Assembly: GCF_018350175.1 (NCBI RefSeq)
Contig: NC_058368.1
Location: 168,642,001-168,706,000 of the forward strand
Direction of reading: 5' to 3'
Origin: Felis catus
Lineage: Eukaryota
DNA length: 64,000 nt
Part shown: positions 37,497 through 51,101 of the stretch, piece by piece
Layout: the number at the start of each line of letters is the position of its first letter
Numbering within the stretch: position 1 is the stretch's first letter
Position numbers and translations under genes: made by a program
The notes under the pieces: generated by a model
Database searches by the model: none
The model's input: only the letters and a program-made list of their open reading frames with translations
What the model was told of the DNA's origin: nothing

Positions 37497-39199
37497 GAAT
37501 ATTCCATAGATTCTTTAAAAATACATATCTTCTATACCTGGGGAGGTATATAGATTTTTATATGTAATATAGATCAAACATATTCATTATTAAATTACTT
37601 ACTCAGATACTCTGCATTATTTATTTTTTTAGTTTATCTGTCATAGGTAGAGATGAGTACATTTAATTCTCCCACTACTTTTGATTTCTCATTTCATTTT
37701 CTACTGTTTTGCTTTGTGTGTTTTGATGTACTGTTTTCTGGAATGAAAAGATTCATGACAGTTATATGTTCATTGTAATTGATATTCTTCTGCATCATAA
37801 TGTGCCCTTCTTTGTTTTATATTTTGGGTCTAGAATTCAATTTGAAATTATTTGGACATAATGACTACTGAATCCTATTGTTTATATTTTTCTGGGGTAG
37901 TTTTACTTGTCTTTTTGTTGTAGTATGTTATTTTATTTTACTGATGTTTCTTGTTTATTGCCTAGAGTAAAGTTCCCTCCTCTGATTTGATAATGTTTAC
38001 CTGAATTTTCATAGATGTTTAACAGATAATATTTTCATACAATGTTTAACAGATGGGTTTAGTATAATTTTTATTTTGCAACTCATTTTTAATTGTCAAT
38101 AATTTTTTGTTTCTTTTGCTTTCTTTCTTTTTTTAATGGGCAATGTTAACTTTCTTCAAAAAGTACTTTTGATAACTTAGATGGTCTGTATAGTTTTTTT
38201 TCCCTAAACATTCACTTGTTTAACTTTTGAAATTTTAAAATTTTAAACTTAAGTCCATATTTCTTTACAAACTTTAGATGTAGAGCTGTCTATACACTCT
38301 TCTATTTGAAAAGAGGGGAAATGGACATAATTACACTTTTCTCATCAAATTCTCATTCCTGGTTTTTGTTACTATCCACTAGATTTTTTTGTCTAGTTTT
38401 TTTATAGTTACATTATTACTACATTTACATTTTGTAGCTCTTTTCTCAATAGTTAGGATATATTTATATTCTGTTTAATAAACTTAACCACAATGGTTGT
38501 GTTTAGACATTGTATTATTATTCTTTGCTATGATTATTTTTTTGAAGTTGAACTTTAGATGTTTTTATTTGTTAATATTTCTTAACTTATCTAGTGTTCA
38601 GCATCAGTGAGTAACTAATAGTAAAATCCCGTTATGAGGAATATTATCAGCAGAATTATTACCATTACGTAGGATTCTGTATAATAAAGAAATTTGAATG
38701 CCTGCCAGTGGCCTACAGTATTTTGCTTATTAGGTTACAAAGAGTTATGTTCCACAAATTATCCTGGTCAACAGATAATTTGTCTGTGCCCTGGCCATTC
38801 CTGTGCCATAACCAAAGAGCCATATCTGCAAAGTGCTGTACAAGTTCTATTGCAAATGTTGAAGTACACCTTTACTTTTGTTTGTTTATCAAGCATCTGT
38901 TAACATTTTACTTTCTTCTCTTTATAACAAATATTCTAGTCACCTAATTCAAATTATATACTATCCAAACATTTTCTTGCCCACTCACGCATTCCTTTTA
39001 GGCATTGCTTCATAATTGCATTATGTGCTGCTCCTCTCCCTTTGTTGTATTAGTTGAGGATCCGTTAATTTTTTTCTTCCCTGTCATAATTGGCATTGCT
39101 ATCATTCTATTTCCGGTTATAAACAATGAAAATATCTTTTAATGGCATGCATTTAATTCATGGTTTTCTTTTACATTTGTGCCTCCCTGCCTCCATCCC

Positions 39200-39860
39200 T
39201 CCCTTCCTTTCTTCTTTCAAAGAATATTTAGTAGCTATTTAAGGCATCACAGTAAATACCTAAATTAGTGAGGAAAGAGTTATGGTACCACCCCCCTGGA
39301 GCTTGCATTCTGGTTGGGGAGACAGAAAAAAACCAAACAAGTATACATACAGATAGTTGTTTCAAGTGCTAAGAGAGAGAAAAGCAAGGATTACACCTAC
39401 ATAAGGTTTTGTTGATTCCTAAAGGAAGAGATGGATCTTGCCAAGTGAAAGAGAGGGTGAGCTTTGAGAAAGAGTGAATGTTCAGGAAACTGAAGGAAAA
39501 CAATGGTTTATTTATTTAGTTGGGTAGAGAATAGCAAAATGTGAAGTTGGAAGGACAGACAGAGGATGGATAATCTGAGACAACTAGGTTTTAGAAATAA
39601 GTTGGATTTTTGTTTTTAAGTGCAAAGGAAAAGCAATGTAGGGTTTTTTTTTGCAAGAGAATTAGAATTTCTTTTGCTACTTTGAAGGCAGTGGATTGGA
39701 GAGGAGCAGGAGTAAAAAGAGGACACCAATTTGGAGGTTTTGTAATAATTTAAGCCAGAGATAGTCATAACTTCCAAAAGACAGTGGAGATGGAGAGAAG
39801 TGGGTGGATTTGTGGTAGACTTTGGAGAGAGAATCAGAAAGGCTTGCTGATAGATTGTTG
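39200..39860 (-). mobile_element. L2 LINE fragment
   Basis: ccctggagcttgcattctggttggggagacag and cagtggagatggagagaagtgggtggattt motifs. Confidence 0.65.
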
Positions 39861-41864
39861 GGAAGGGTGACCTGAACTTCAAAGGAGCAGGGACTTTTTT
39901 AGGAAGAGAGGTTTTATTTATTAGCTATTAGGATGTTGGGAATGGGATAAAGCCAGGTTTTTGTAAAAGCTAGAAGGTAAGTGGAAAGTTCTGATATGAG
40001 GTGTAAGGAGTTTTTAAGGAGTTTTTGAGGGTACAAGATTCTCTAGAGAGTTCCCGAGTCACATTAGGAAATATTGAGGGCAACATAGGATTGGTAATTG
40101 GCGTGATGATATATATCTTGGGATGCTTGGACTTCCCACAGTGACTACGGTAAACAGGACCGTTAGGCAGGATGAGATGTGCCCTCCTGGGAGGAGGAGG
40201 TCAATCTGACTTTATTGTCTCACCTTTAATGTTGGCTTCCAAGAAGGCTTCTCTCCTAGGCCGCAAAGAGTCCTGTGTAAAATTACAAAAATTTATTGCT
40301 ATGAAGCACTTAGAGAATATTTAATTTTTGAAGATAGAGAATGAAACACTGATTCCTCTTATTTTTTCATAGTTTTAACATTCTGTACATGCTACATAGT
40401 GTTTTCCCAGCATTGTATTTTTTAGAGTGAAAATACAAAATGAAAAAGGCCAAGTTACAGACGTTATTAGGATATTTAGTTTGTTTTTAATCCATGTTTG
40501 TATAGTTTTGTTTTTTACTGTTTTCATCTTTGTTAAATCTTATATTTTAATGGAAGAGATATATCAGTTTTAAATTCCTTTGTGGTATCAAGAGCATATT
40601 ATTAGTACTTAGAGTTTTGAATCTGAAAGTAAATATAATGAGTTTATTGGTCACATTTTACTCCATGTTCATAATAACATTTCATAACTAAGAATGCCCT
40701 TCTCCCTAAAAAATGTACTCAAAGGTTAACTTTTAAAAAAATGTATATTACAGTTTATCAAAAACAAGATTACTAAGTTAGACCCTGGTGAGTTTTGACT
40801 ATGACTAAGAATTTGATTCTTTTAGGCTATTATTTTGATTTAGATGCTTATTAAATTTTGATTTAGGATTATATCGGAACATTAACCAATGGAGGGTAAT
40901 CCTGTTCATTCACAGATCATAAGTAATAGCATAAAAATTTATTCTAATCAGTAAATACCTGAAATCATACCTTGTCTACTTTTTTAATCTTTAACATGGA
41001 TCTTACCCAACCATGGTATATCTCCAACAATTGTTTCTGAATAGAATTTTGAAGATCTATAGTGAAGAGTATTCCTCAGTTGCTTTTTTTTTTTTTAGTA
41101 TCTAGAAATTAGAATGTTTAATAACAAATGACTTGTTCTTCCAGCAGTATCCATATGCTGACTTGTCCCAAACCCCACCATTATGTGTGTCTGCTATTGA
41201 TGGAATGTGTTGTGCTGGAAAAACCATTGAGAGCTAATGGTATTTACTAAGAAACGAGAATAGATAGAAATCCACAGATTACCAGTATTTAATACATAAG
41301 CAGCAAATGAATAGCAAGTACAAAGATTGAGAAGGGATTTTTAGGAAAAGGAGAAGACAAATTGGTATGTTGGAATATAAGAAGCCATCCAAACCAGAAA
41401 AGAAGACTTTCAGGAAGGAGTGAGTGGGTCAGCAAGATCAGATGCCACAGAGAGAAATGTTAAGAATAAAGATGGGTAAATATCTGTTGCATTTGACCAT
41501 TAGGAAATGGTGACCTTACTGAGGCATCAGTATGGTGTAGGCAGAAGGATTATATCAACATATTGACAAAGAGACAAGAAGTGATAAAATGAAGACTGCA
41601 AGTGTGAACTCTCGAAGAGCCTTAATCCCTTTCCTCCAATACTACATAGTCTCTGATTACTAAATTTTGAAGCATTTGTACTTGAAGATGTTAAATCTGA
41701 GCCATTCATAGCTCCTTGCACAATTGCCAGAAACCTGGCATTTTTGTATTAATGTAATAATTTCTGTAAAACTAAATATTTAAAGTTCCAGAACACTTAG
41801 AGCACAGCTAAATGGCAGCCTTTAATACAAGTGCTAATTTTCTTTCTTTCTTTCTTTTTTAAAG

Positions 41865-42038
41865 TCTTGGCTACTTATGATTCAGCAGACAGAGCAACTT
41901 AGTAGAATAATGAAGACACATGCAGAGGACCTAAATTCTGGACCCTTACACAGGCTCACCATGATGATTAAAGATAAGCAACAGATGAAGAAAAGTTTTA
42001 TAGGTGTTCATCAGCAGATAGAGGCAGAGATGATCAAG
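41865..42038 (+). CDS. FER: FER second coding exon (aa 70-127, F-BAR)
   Basis: Branch-like gtgCTAAT at ~41831-41838, polypyrimidine tract, then aaAG|41865. Encodes [58 protein letters not shown]. Donor AAG|GTTTGT. 174 nt, phase 0-0, in frame with the previous exon. Confidence 0.97.
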
Positions 42039-42142
42039 GTTTGTCTTTTTATTCTGGAATTCTTTTTTTAATTTGACTTTGAGACTCACTGAAATATTTC
42101 ATCTTGTTTGACTTTTAAAAATTGTTTAGTCATCATTTTATT

Positions 42143-42955
42143 TATTTATTTGTTTCTTATTTTATTTTTGATTTTTTTAAATTTGCATCCAAATTAGTTA
42201 ACATATAGTGCAACAATGATTTCAGGAGTAGATTCCTTAATGCCCCTTACCCATATAGCCCATCCCCCCTCCCACAACCCCTGCAGTAACCCTCAGTTTG
42301 TTCTTCATATTTATGAGTCTCTTCTGTTTTGTCTCCCTCCCTGTTTTTATATTAGTTTTGTTTCCTTTCCCTTATGTTCATCTGTTTTGTCTCTTAAAGT
42401 CCTCATATGAGTGAAGTCATATGATTTTTGTCTTTCTCTGACTCATTTTACTTAGCATGATACCCTTCAGTTCCATGCACGTAGTTGCAAATGGCAAGAT
42501 TTCATTCTTTTTGCTTGCCGAGTAATACTCCATTGTATATATCTACCATACTTCTTTATCCATTCATCCATTGATGGACATTTGGGCTCCTTCCATACTT
42601 TGGCTATTGTTGATAGTGCTGCTATAAACATGGGGGTGCATGTGTCCCTTTGAAACAGCACACCTGTATCCCTTGGATAAATACCTAGTAGTGCAATTGC
42701 TGGGTTATAGGGTAGTTCTGTTTTTAGTTTTTTGAGGAACCTCCATACTAGTTTCCAGAGTGGCTGCACCAACTTGCATTCCCACCAACAATGCAAAAGA
42801 GATCCTCTTTCTCCGCATCCTCGCCAACATCTGTTGTTGTCTGAGTTGTTAATGTTAGTCAGTCTGACAGGTATAAGGAGGTATCTCATTGTGGTTTTGA
42901 TTTGTATTTCCCTGATGATGAGTGATGTTAAGCATTTTTTCATGTGTTGGTTGGC
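42143..42955 (-). mobile_element. Carnivore L1 3' end inserted ~95 nt downstream of a FER exon
   Basis: ORF 42467-42961 is the ORF2 C-terminus ([18 protein letters not shown]). TSD catcattttatt at 42131-42142 and 42956-42967. Confidence 0.95.
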
Positions 42956-43675
42956 CATCATTTTATTATTAGAAATAGGTTTTGGTGTCTCTAATAAGTG
43001 ATATTTTATTCCTATTTATTATAAAACATTATTGATTATAAGCTGTACTATTACTTTATATACTCTTCTGAAAGAAAAGAATGCTGCCAATTAGACTATG
43101 ATACAGTGCTCTCTTATCACTTTGAATTTTTATTTTTTACTTACTGCAGTAGCTCTTTTAAGTTTTATGATTTTAATTTTTACTATGGATATAATAGAAA
43201 AGAAAATACAGGCCAAATAAATGAGTTTTGATATTTCTAAAATTTTTTTCACAATCAGAGTTTGTTTTTTTCTGGGTAACTTTTTAAAATGTTTTTTATT
43301 ATGAAAGTTTCAAATGTGCAAAAGGAGAGAGAATAGTAAAACAAACTCCCATTGACTGATCCACCCACATAGTCAAGGTTTTTTAAAATCTATACTCACT
43401 TCCATTTTCTAATACACTGAACCATTTAAAAAATTCCAGATATCATTGTATCCATAAATATTTTAGTATATATTGCTAAAATAAATATTAAAAAAAACTA
43501 TATTATCATTAACCTACCTAAAAATAACAGTAATTTCTTAATGTTATTAAATATTCTGACTGTGCTCAAATGATTGTTTTTTAAATGTTTTTTTTTTACA
43601 GTTGGTTCATTTGAATCATGACCCAAACATGCATTTGAATAATTTTAATCTGTAGGTGTCTCCCCCCACCCCCAT

Positions 43676-43880
43676 TTTTTTAAAGTTTATTTATTTTGAG
43701 AGAGAAAGAGAGAGCACATGCATGTGAAAGCAGGGGAGGGTCAGAGAGAGAATCCCAAGAAGGTTCTGCGCTGTCAGTGCAGAAAACCAGTGTGGGGCTT
43801 GATCACACAAACCCTGAGATCATGACCAGAACTTCAATCAAGAGTTGGACACTTAAGCTGACTGAGCCACCCAGGCACCT
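43676..43880 (-). mobile_element. CAN-SINE within an old L1ME/MC-like relic (~43285-44500)
   Basis: tttatttattttgagaga...ctgagccacccaggcacc. Confidence 0.9.
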
Positions 43881-44509
43881 ACCACTCCCAACCTTTTAAA
43901 AATGCTATTTATTTGTGGAAGAAATTGGGTAATTTGCTCTATAGAATTGAAGTTCCTTAATTTTTGACTTTATTGTTAGCATCTTGTGATGTGATTTCAC
44001 ATATTTCTTCATCCTTCAATTTTCCTGTAAACGGGAGAGTAATTAGATTGGCTTGATAACATTCTGTCTACTTATTTTGGGCAAGAATACATGATAGGTG
44101 CTGGTATAGACTTCCTGTTTTTTTTTTTTCCCCTATCAGAGATATCTAATGTCATCTTGTTTATCTATTTGTGATGTTAAACTTGTCTAATAGGTTCCAG
44201 TCCTGCTAGCCTGATCAACCTATGAAAAAAGTTTCTTTTCAGACATTTACCTAATAGGTTTAGAAATAATTGATGTTCACTGCTTAGATCCATTATTTTA
44301 CTAGGGGTTGTAAAATGGCAGTATTTTACTTCTATCATTCCTAATATGATTGTTAGCTATAATTTTTCAATAGAAAGTTTTGTTATATCACCTACTTGGC
44401 TACCCTGAGGTATTGTTCATATACAAGAATCAGGATAAATGCTTGCTTTTTGCAATTAATAAGCCAGCTTGGAGAACATGAATTGGTTCTTTAGCAACTT
44501 CAGAAGTTA

Positions 44510-46915
44510 AGACTTCCAGCTTCCAGTCTGGCATATAAGAAGATTAGAAGTTGTCACTCATTCCTAACAAGGAGTTAAAATTTGAACAAATAGAAAAATC
44601 ACCAATTGCTTTTAGATCCTTAAGAGAAGTGACGTGACAGGGCAAATGGCTCCCCCTAAAATTGGAGAGACAGGCAAGCGAATACAGAGAATTACAACTT
44701 ATCAGAGCAAAAGCCTCTTTGGGAAATAGTACTGGTTATAGGAAAACCTGGAGTGTAAGTGACAAATTCTGGAGGCTCAGTGTGGACAACTCTGACAGTT
44801 AAAACCTCCAGGAGGAGCTACTTATTGAGGAAACTACACACTTCTGTGAATTTTACCTCCTAGACCTCTACCAGGTTCTCACAGTGAATATTGGAGAAAA
44901 ATCTCATGCTTCAGGAGGGAAAAGGAACCATTTTGCCATATGCCAAAGCATTCTGTTCTTAATAAAGTCGCTTAGGAGAAACTGTTTACCTGTAACCTAA
45001 TTGATCTGGGGCAAGGGGGATTCATGACTCCTGTCCACTCTGAGTGGAGAGTGGGCTAGTGAGCTGAGGAACATATGTGAAGTTCATAGCCAGAGGTATA
45101 GGCTCAGTAAAAGACTGAGACCTAATCATAGGGTATAAAATACTTTCCCTTTTTCTGGCAGCTTATCACCACGTTAGTAAAGGCCTATTTAATCAGTTCT
45201 TTTGCTCGGTACAATCTGCCTGGCAATCAAGAAAACATAACAAGGCATACCAAGAGCCAAACATGCAGAATTGGAAGAGACAGAACAAGCATCAGAACCA
45301 GACACAGCAGGGATGTTGGAAATATCAGACCAGGAACTTAAAACAACTATGAATAATATGCTAAGGGCTCTAATGGATAAAGTAAGTACGAAAGAGCAGA
45401 TGGGTGATGTAAGCATAAAGTTGGAAATACTGGGAAAGAACCAAAAGGAAATACTAGAGATCTAAAATACCTTAACAGAAGTGAAGAATGACTTTGATGG
45501 GCTTAATAGGAGATTAGACACAATAGAGGAAATAATCTCTGAAGTTGAGGATATATCAGTAGCATTCTATAAAACTGAAAGCAGAGAATACAGACTGAAA
45601 AAAAAAAATGGAACAGAATATCCAAGAACTGTGGGGCAGCTACAAAAGGTGTAACATATGTATAATGGAATACCTGTAGGAGAAGAAAGAGAGAAAGGAA
45701 CAAGAAATATTTGAAATAATAATGACTGAGAATCTGTCCAAATTAATGTCAGACACCAAACAGTAGTTCTAGGAAGCTCAGAGAACACCAAACAGAATAA
45801 ATGACCAAAAAACTACACCCTAGCCATGTTGATTTCTAGCTATAGATAATCAAAGATAAAGAAAAAATCCTGAAAGAAGCCTGAGTACAAAAGCACCTTA
45901 ACGTATAGAAGAACATATAAGAATTACATCTGATTTCTCCTCAGAATTAAGTAGGCAAGAAGGGAGTAGAATGAAATATTTAAGTGTTGAGAGAAAAAAC
46001 CCACTATCCTCGAATTCTATGCCCTGTGAAATTATCCTTCAAAAATGAAATAAAGACTTTCTTTGATAGACAAAAATTGAGGAAATTTGTATCCAGTGGA
46101 CTGAGAAGGAAAATAATATAGGTCAGTAACTCAGATCTACATCATGAAAGGAAGAGCACTGGGGAAGGAATGTGAAGATAAAGTAAAAATTTATTTTTCT
46201 CACTCTTAATTAATCTAACACATAACACTTTATTGAAAATCGTAACAGCAACATTTGATTATGTACAGTCATGAATATATCTTGTGTGTGTATATATATA
46301 TATAGCTATATGTTTATGTATGCTTATATATAAGTTAAATGAATGACAGCAATGATAGATGGGAAGGAGGAATTAGGATTATTTTGTTATTGTAAGATAC
46401 TTATGTGGTATAGTGGTCCTTGAAATGTGGTATAATGGTATAGTGGTCTTTGAAAGTCGGCTTGCATCAGTTATAAATACATATTGTGAACTCTAGGGCA
46501 CTTACTAAAAAAAAGTTAAAAAAGAAATGTAACTGATACGCTAAGAAATGAGAGAGGGTGGAATTGTATAAAATACTCACTTAAAATCACAGAAAAGTAG
46601 AAAAAAGAGTGTTAGAAATAGGAACAAATAACAAGGATAACAATTAGGAAACTAACAAATATGGTACCTATTAATCCAAGTGTGTGGATAAGTACTTTGA
46701 AGGTCAGTGGTCTAAATGAGCCCATTAAGGGACAGATATTTTCAGAGTGGATTTACAAACAAGACCCAAGTATATGTTGTCTACAATAAACCCATTTTAG
46801 ATATTAAGACACATATAGATTGATAGTAAATGGATGGAGAAAGATATACTATGCTAATCCTAATCAAAAGGAAGTAGAAGTAGCTATATTAATTTCAGAC
46901 AGAGCAGACTTTTAA
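44510..46915 (+). mobile_element. Old L1M 5' part: 5'UTR, ORF1 relic and start of the ORF2 endonuclease
   Basis: ORF1-like MLEISDQELKTTMNNMLRALMDK. Endonuclease-like aaacaagacccaagtatatgttgtctaca (KQDP.ICCLQ) and gctatattaatttcagacagagcagactt (AILISDRADF). Confidence 0.85.
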
Positions 46916-47448
46916 GTGTTTTCTGGGTACAGAATCAAGGACCTGCATTTGTTTAGTCTTTCCATAGATAGAATAACAGATTTCATGTATTTATGTAATG
47001 ACCACTGTCATGATTATTATGTAGCCAACAGTGATTGTTAGATACATCTTATTTTAAGTGATGTTACAATATCTGAAAAACCCAAAACACAAAAACCAAA
47101 AAACTCATGTTAGAACTGGTAAATTGTAACAACTCAGTTATTCTGTATATTAAAATAAATATTTTTTAGAAAAAATATTTTATACATAGTATATTAATCT
47201 ATTGGTCTTTAAATTTTAGATGATGACAGCACTATTTCTTGATTTGCTTTTATTTTTAAGAGATGTTTTTCTTTTTCCATATGGCGTTGAATTTATCATT
47301 GATTTCTAAACCAGTTTTTAATATATTGTCTATAATGTATATTAAGGAGCAACTCTGATCTATAAGCAATAAAAATATGTTAGGACTTAAGTTCTTGACA
47401 AATATAAATTTAATCATTTAAAATTTGTTTTGCATTTTTTTTTGACAG

Positions 47449-47548
47449 GTTACAAAGACAGAATTAGAAAAATTAAAGTCCAGCTATAGACAGTTGATAA
47501 AAGAAATGAATTCTGCCAGAGAGAAATATAAAGAAGCTTTAGCTAAAG
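47449..47548 (+). CDS. FER: FER third coding exon (aa 128-160 plus 1 nt, F-BAR coiled coil)
   Basis: Acceptor tttttttttgacAG|47449. Encodes [33 protein letters not shown](G). Donor AAG|GTATGG. 100 nt, phase 0-1. Too short for the ORF track but continues the FER protein in frame. Confidence 0.96.
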
Positions 47549-47978
47549 GTATGGCAAAATTATGAAAAATGTTTATTTTAGTGATTTTTATTCTTATCAT
47601 TTGAAGATTGTCTTTAAAGTACCAGAATAATTCCATTTAGACCAATTCACATTTAAAAAATATCAAAATATGTCAAAATAGACTAATTGTCAAACTGTTT
47701 AATGTTTTTTTATTTTTTGTCTTTTTTTAAAAATGATGTAAATTAGTTTTTACTTTTTAGTAGTTCATACTAAATGGAATTATGTAGCACTTGTAAATAA
47801 AATGCAAGGAATATTTAAAAATTTCTCTCTAGAAGTTTAATTACTGAGTGTAAATAAGAAAAATAGGTTGTATTTGTTAAGATACCATTTTTACCTCTCT
47901 TTTTGCCTATGGTATTTAAAAGCCACTAAAGCAGCCAGACCATTATGTAGCATTATTTTGCCTTCATAGCTTAATTTT

Positions 47979-48202
47979 TTTAATCCTAAAAATTTTTTTT
48001 AATGTTTTTATTTTAGTTTTGAGAGAGAGACAGAGCATGAGTGGGGGAGGTGCAGAGAGAGTGAGGGAGACACAGAATCCAAAGCAGGCTCCGGGCTCTG
48101 AGCTGTCAGCACAGAGCCTGACTCGGGGCTCGAACTCAAAGACAGTGAGATCATGGCCTGAACTGAAGTCAGACACTTAACCGACTGAGCCACCCAGGCG
48201 CC
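47979..48202 (-). mobile_element. CAN-SINE ~430 nt downstream of the third coding exon
   Basis: TSD ccttc(a/g)tagcttaatttt at 47961-47978 and 48203-48220. Confidence 0.96.
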
Positions 48203-48836
48203 CCTTCGTAGCTTAATTTTATGTGCATATATTTCCTCTAACATTTTCATAAGAAGCTTTGGAAGTAAATAGAAAGAGAAACATATTATTTATGTTTTAA
48301 ATAAGCATTTATGGTTATGAGTCTTTAAATGTGAGTAAACAGTCTTCATATTTAGATTTTTTTTAATGATAAAAGTTGGAGGTTTTTAAAAAAATTCTTC
48401 CTGTCTAAATATAAGCTTTATTGGTAATTCTATCTTCTTTTTCTTTTTACTGACATATTTCTCTTGGTCTTTTACTTGTGTATTATATTCTTATTTTGTG
48501 GAGGTAAATGAAATAAATAGCTCCTACATTTCAATGTATCTTGCACAATGGAAGCACCATGTTTATGTTGTTAATCCCAGTAGACTAAAAGAGATACTGA
48601 TTTAACATGCAGTTCTCCCTCCTTCCCTTTCTTACGTCTTTCCTTTGTAATGATATAGTTTATTTTGGTTTAAAAAATGAAATCTAATTCTGATGTCATA
48701 ATAAAATTTTAAATAGTTCTTATACATAGTATTTATACTATTGAAGATTTTCCACAGATAGTAATTTTTCTTTATTGTTTTTTATTTTAATTTAGATAAA
48801 ATACCATTTAGTGTTGTATTAATATTAGGAAAACTG

Positions 48837-49031
48837 TTTTTTTGTTTGTTTTTTATAAAGTTTATTTATTTTGAGAGACAGAGCAAGTGAGCAGGGGAAG
48901 GGCAGAGAGAGAATCCTAAGCAGGCTCTGCACTGTCAGCATGGAGTCTGACTCACAAACCATGAGATCATGACCTAAGCCAGAATCAAGAGTGGGTTGCT
49001 CAACCGACTGAATGAACCACCCAGGCTCCCC
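48837..49031 (-). mobile_element. CAN-SINE (first of a tandem pair)
   Basis: T-tail, body and head gaaccacccaggctcccc. Confidence 0.9.
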
Positions 49032-49042
49032 TGAAGTCTGCA

Positions 49043-49262
49043 TTTTTTTTTTAAGTTAAAAAAATTTTTTTAATGTTTAGTTTTGAGAGAGAGCGAGTGT
49101 GCTGGGGAGGGGCAGAGAGTGAGGGAGACACAGAATCTGAAGCAGACTCCAGGTTCTGAGCTGTCAGCACAGAGCCTGACGCGGGACTTGAACACACTAA
49201 CTGTGAGATTATGATCTGAGCCAAGTCAGATGCTTAATTGACTGAACCACCTAGGCACCCCC
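49043..49262 (-). mobile_element. CAN-SINE (second of a tandem pair)
   Basis: T-tail, body and head ctgaaccacctaggcacccc. Confidence 0.92.
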
Positions 49263-50816
49263 TTTTTGAACACTGTAGTTTTAATTAATCCCAAGAAATG
49301 TATTATGTGGCTGAATCTCCTGAAATTAAAATATGTGAACTTATTTACATTTCTCCTTCTAAAGGTATTAGTGATAATATTTTCCTATTTTCAAGAATTT
49401 GGTTGCTCTTTATCAAATATTTGATCAACTTATATCCTGTGGAATACATATTTTAAAAATAACTTCTTGTATTATTGTGTTTTATATGTGACATATTACA
49501 TTTCTTTTTTTTATAATCAACACTATCTTTATACTCCTGTTTATGTGAAAAAGTGTAAAATTATATTTTTGAGTACTTTGTTTCTGTTATCAAACTGCTT
49601 TTTATATTTAACATGGAAATAGGGGTTCTTTTGTGAAGTTATTTATTCTTTATAAGGATGATATGATGGCAAATCTTCCAACATTTGCAGACTTAATGTC
49701 AGAACTTTAGTTCATTGTATAGGCCAGAACAGGGCAGTTCTGAAATGGGTCCTAGGGACAGCTAGGCAGTGACAGTGAATACCCCCAGTATGGCTCTAGC
49801 ATCCAGTCATTACTTTAGATATTAGGGGGTCTTAAAACCCCAGTTTGACGTTTAGCTCCCAGCTAGAGAAGACAAGGCTTTGGGGGAGACAAGGCCTGAA
49901 AATAATTCCTATAGTAAAAGGGTTAAATTCTGGATTTGATTGAGAATGGGTTCAGTTGATTGAGAAAGGGCTCAGTTACTATAACTAACTGGAGGTTTAG
50001 CAGTAGTAGATCAGCAGGAAGGCTAGGTTAATGCTGAAATTCCAAATTCCTGACCCCTGCTGTGTAGATTACACAAAATACTTTAAATTTTGAATATTAA
50101 CATTTATATCCAAAGGAACATCAGTTAATATTGTTTAATGTAAAATATTATACTCATTTGCAATTTGACTGTGGCATTTTAATTAATTAATTATTATTAT
50201 TATTATTATTATTTGTAATATACCTTTACTATTAAACTTGTTTTGCTCTGGGCTGGGCTGAGAAAGCAAATATTTGTCTTAAGTTGACTTTGACTAATTC
50301 AAAACTAGTCTATTGATTATTATTTATAACATATAAACTGAGAACAGCCAAAATAATTTTAGCTAGCCTGTTGAGTTGAAGTTAGTAATTCAGAATGTTT
50401 CTTGATAGCAGCATAGAATAATGAGTTCTTAAATGCAAAATATACAGGTTTTACTTTCTTATTGTGGATTAAGTTCTGAATACTTTAATTTGGTTGAGCA
50501 CCTGTTTAGGTTTAACCATAAAACAATTTTGTGAATGTATAAGTAAATGACTTCACAAAAGAACTCTTACAGGATCATATTGTATATGACTGAAGAAAGT
50601 TTTACTTTTCCTTTCCAATCTGGATATCTTTCTTTTTTTTTCTTGTCTAATTGCCTTAACTAGAACCTCTAGTATTATGTTGAATAGAAGTAGAAAGAGC
50701 AAAGATGTTTGTCTTGTTCCTCAACTTAGAGGGAAAATCTTTCAAAATCAAGTATTAAGTTAGGTATAGTTTCAAAATTCTTTTTCATCTGGTTGAAGTT
50801 CCTTTCATCTTCCTGC

Positions 50817-50819
50817 TTT

Positions 50820-50889
<70 letters not shown>

Positions 50890-50950
50890 TTCCTTCCTTC
50901 CTTCCTTCCTTCCTTCCTTCCTTCCTTCCTTCCTTCCTTCTTTCCTTCCT

Positions 50951-50994
<44 letters not shown>

Positions 50995-51016
50995 TCCTTC
51001 TTTCTTTCGTTCTTTC
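50817..51016. repeat. Compound (TTTC)n(TTCC)n(TTTC)n microsatellite, ~200 bp
   Basis: Directly visible and located inside the TSD of the adjacent SINE. Confidence 0.98.
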
Positions 51017-51043
51017 TAAAAATTTTTTAATGTTTGTTTTTGG

Positions 51044-51101
<58 letters not shown>

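Noticed and set aside
35140..42800. Very similar blocks at ~3450, ~35150 and ~42180 as a segmental duplication
   Set aside because: The similarity is confined to L1 3' sequence, with different truncation points and flanks, so these are independent insertions of one subfamily.
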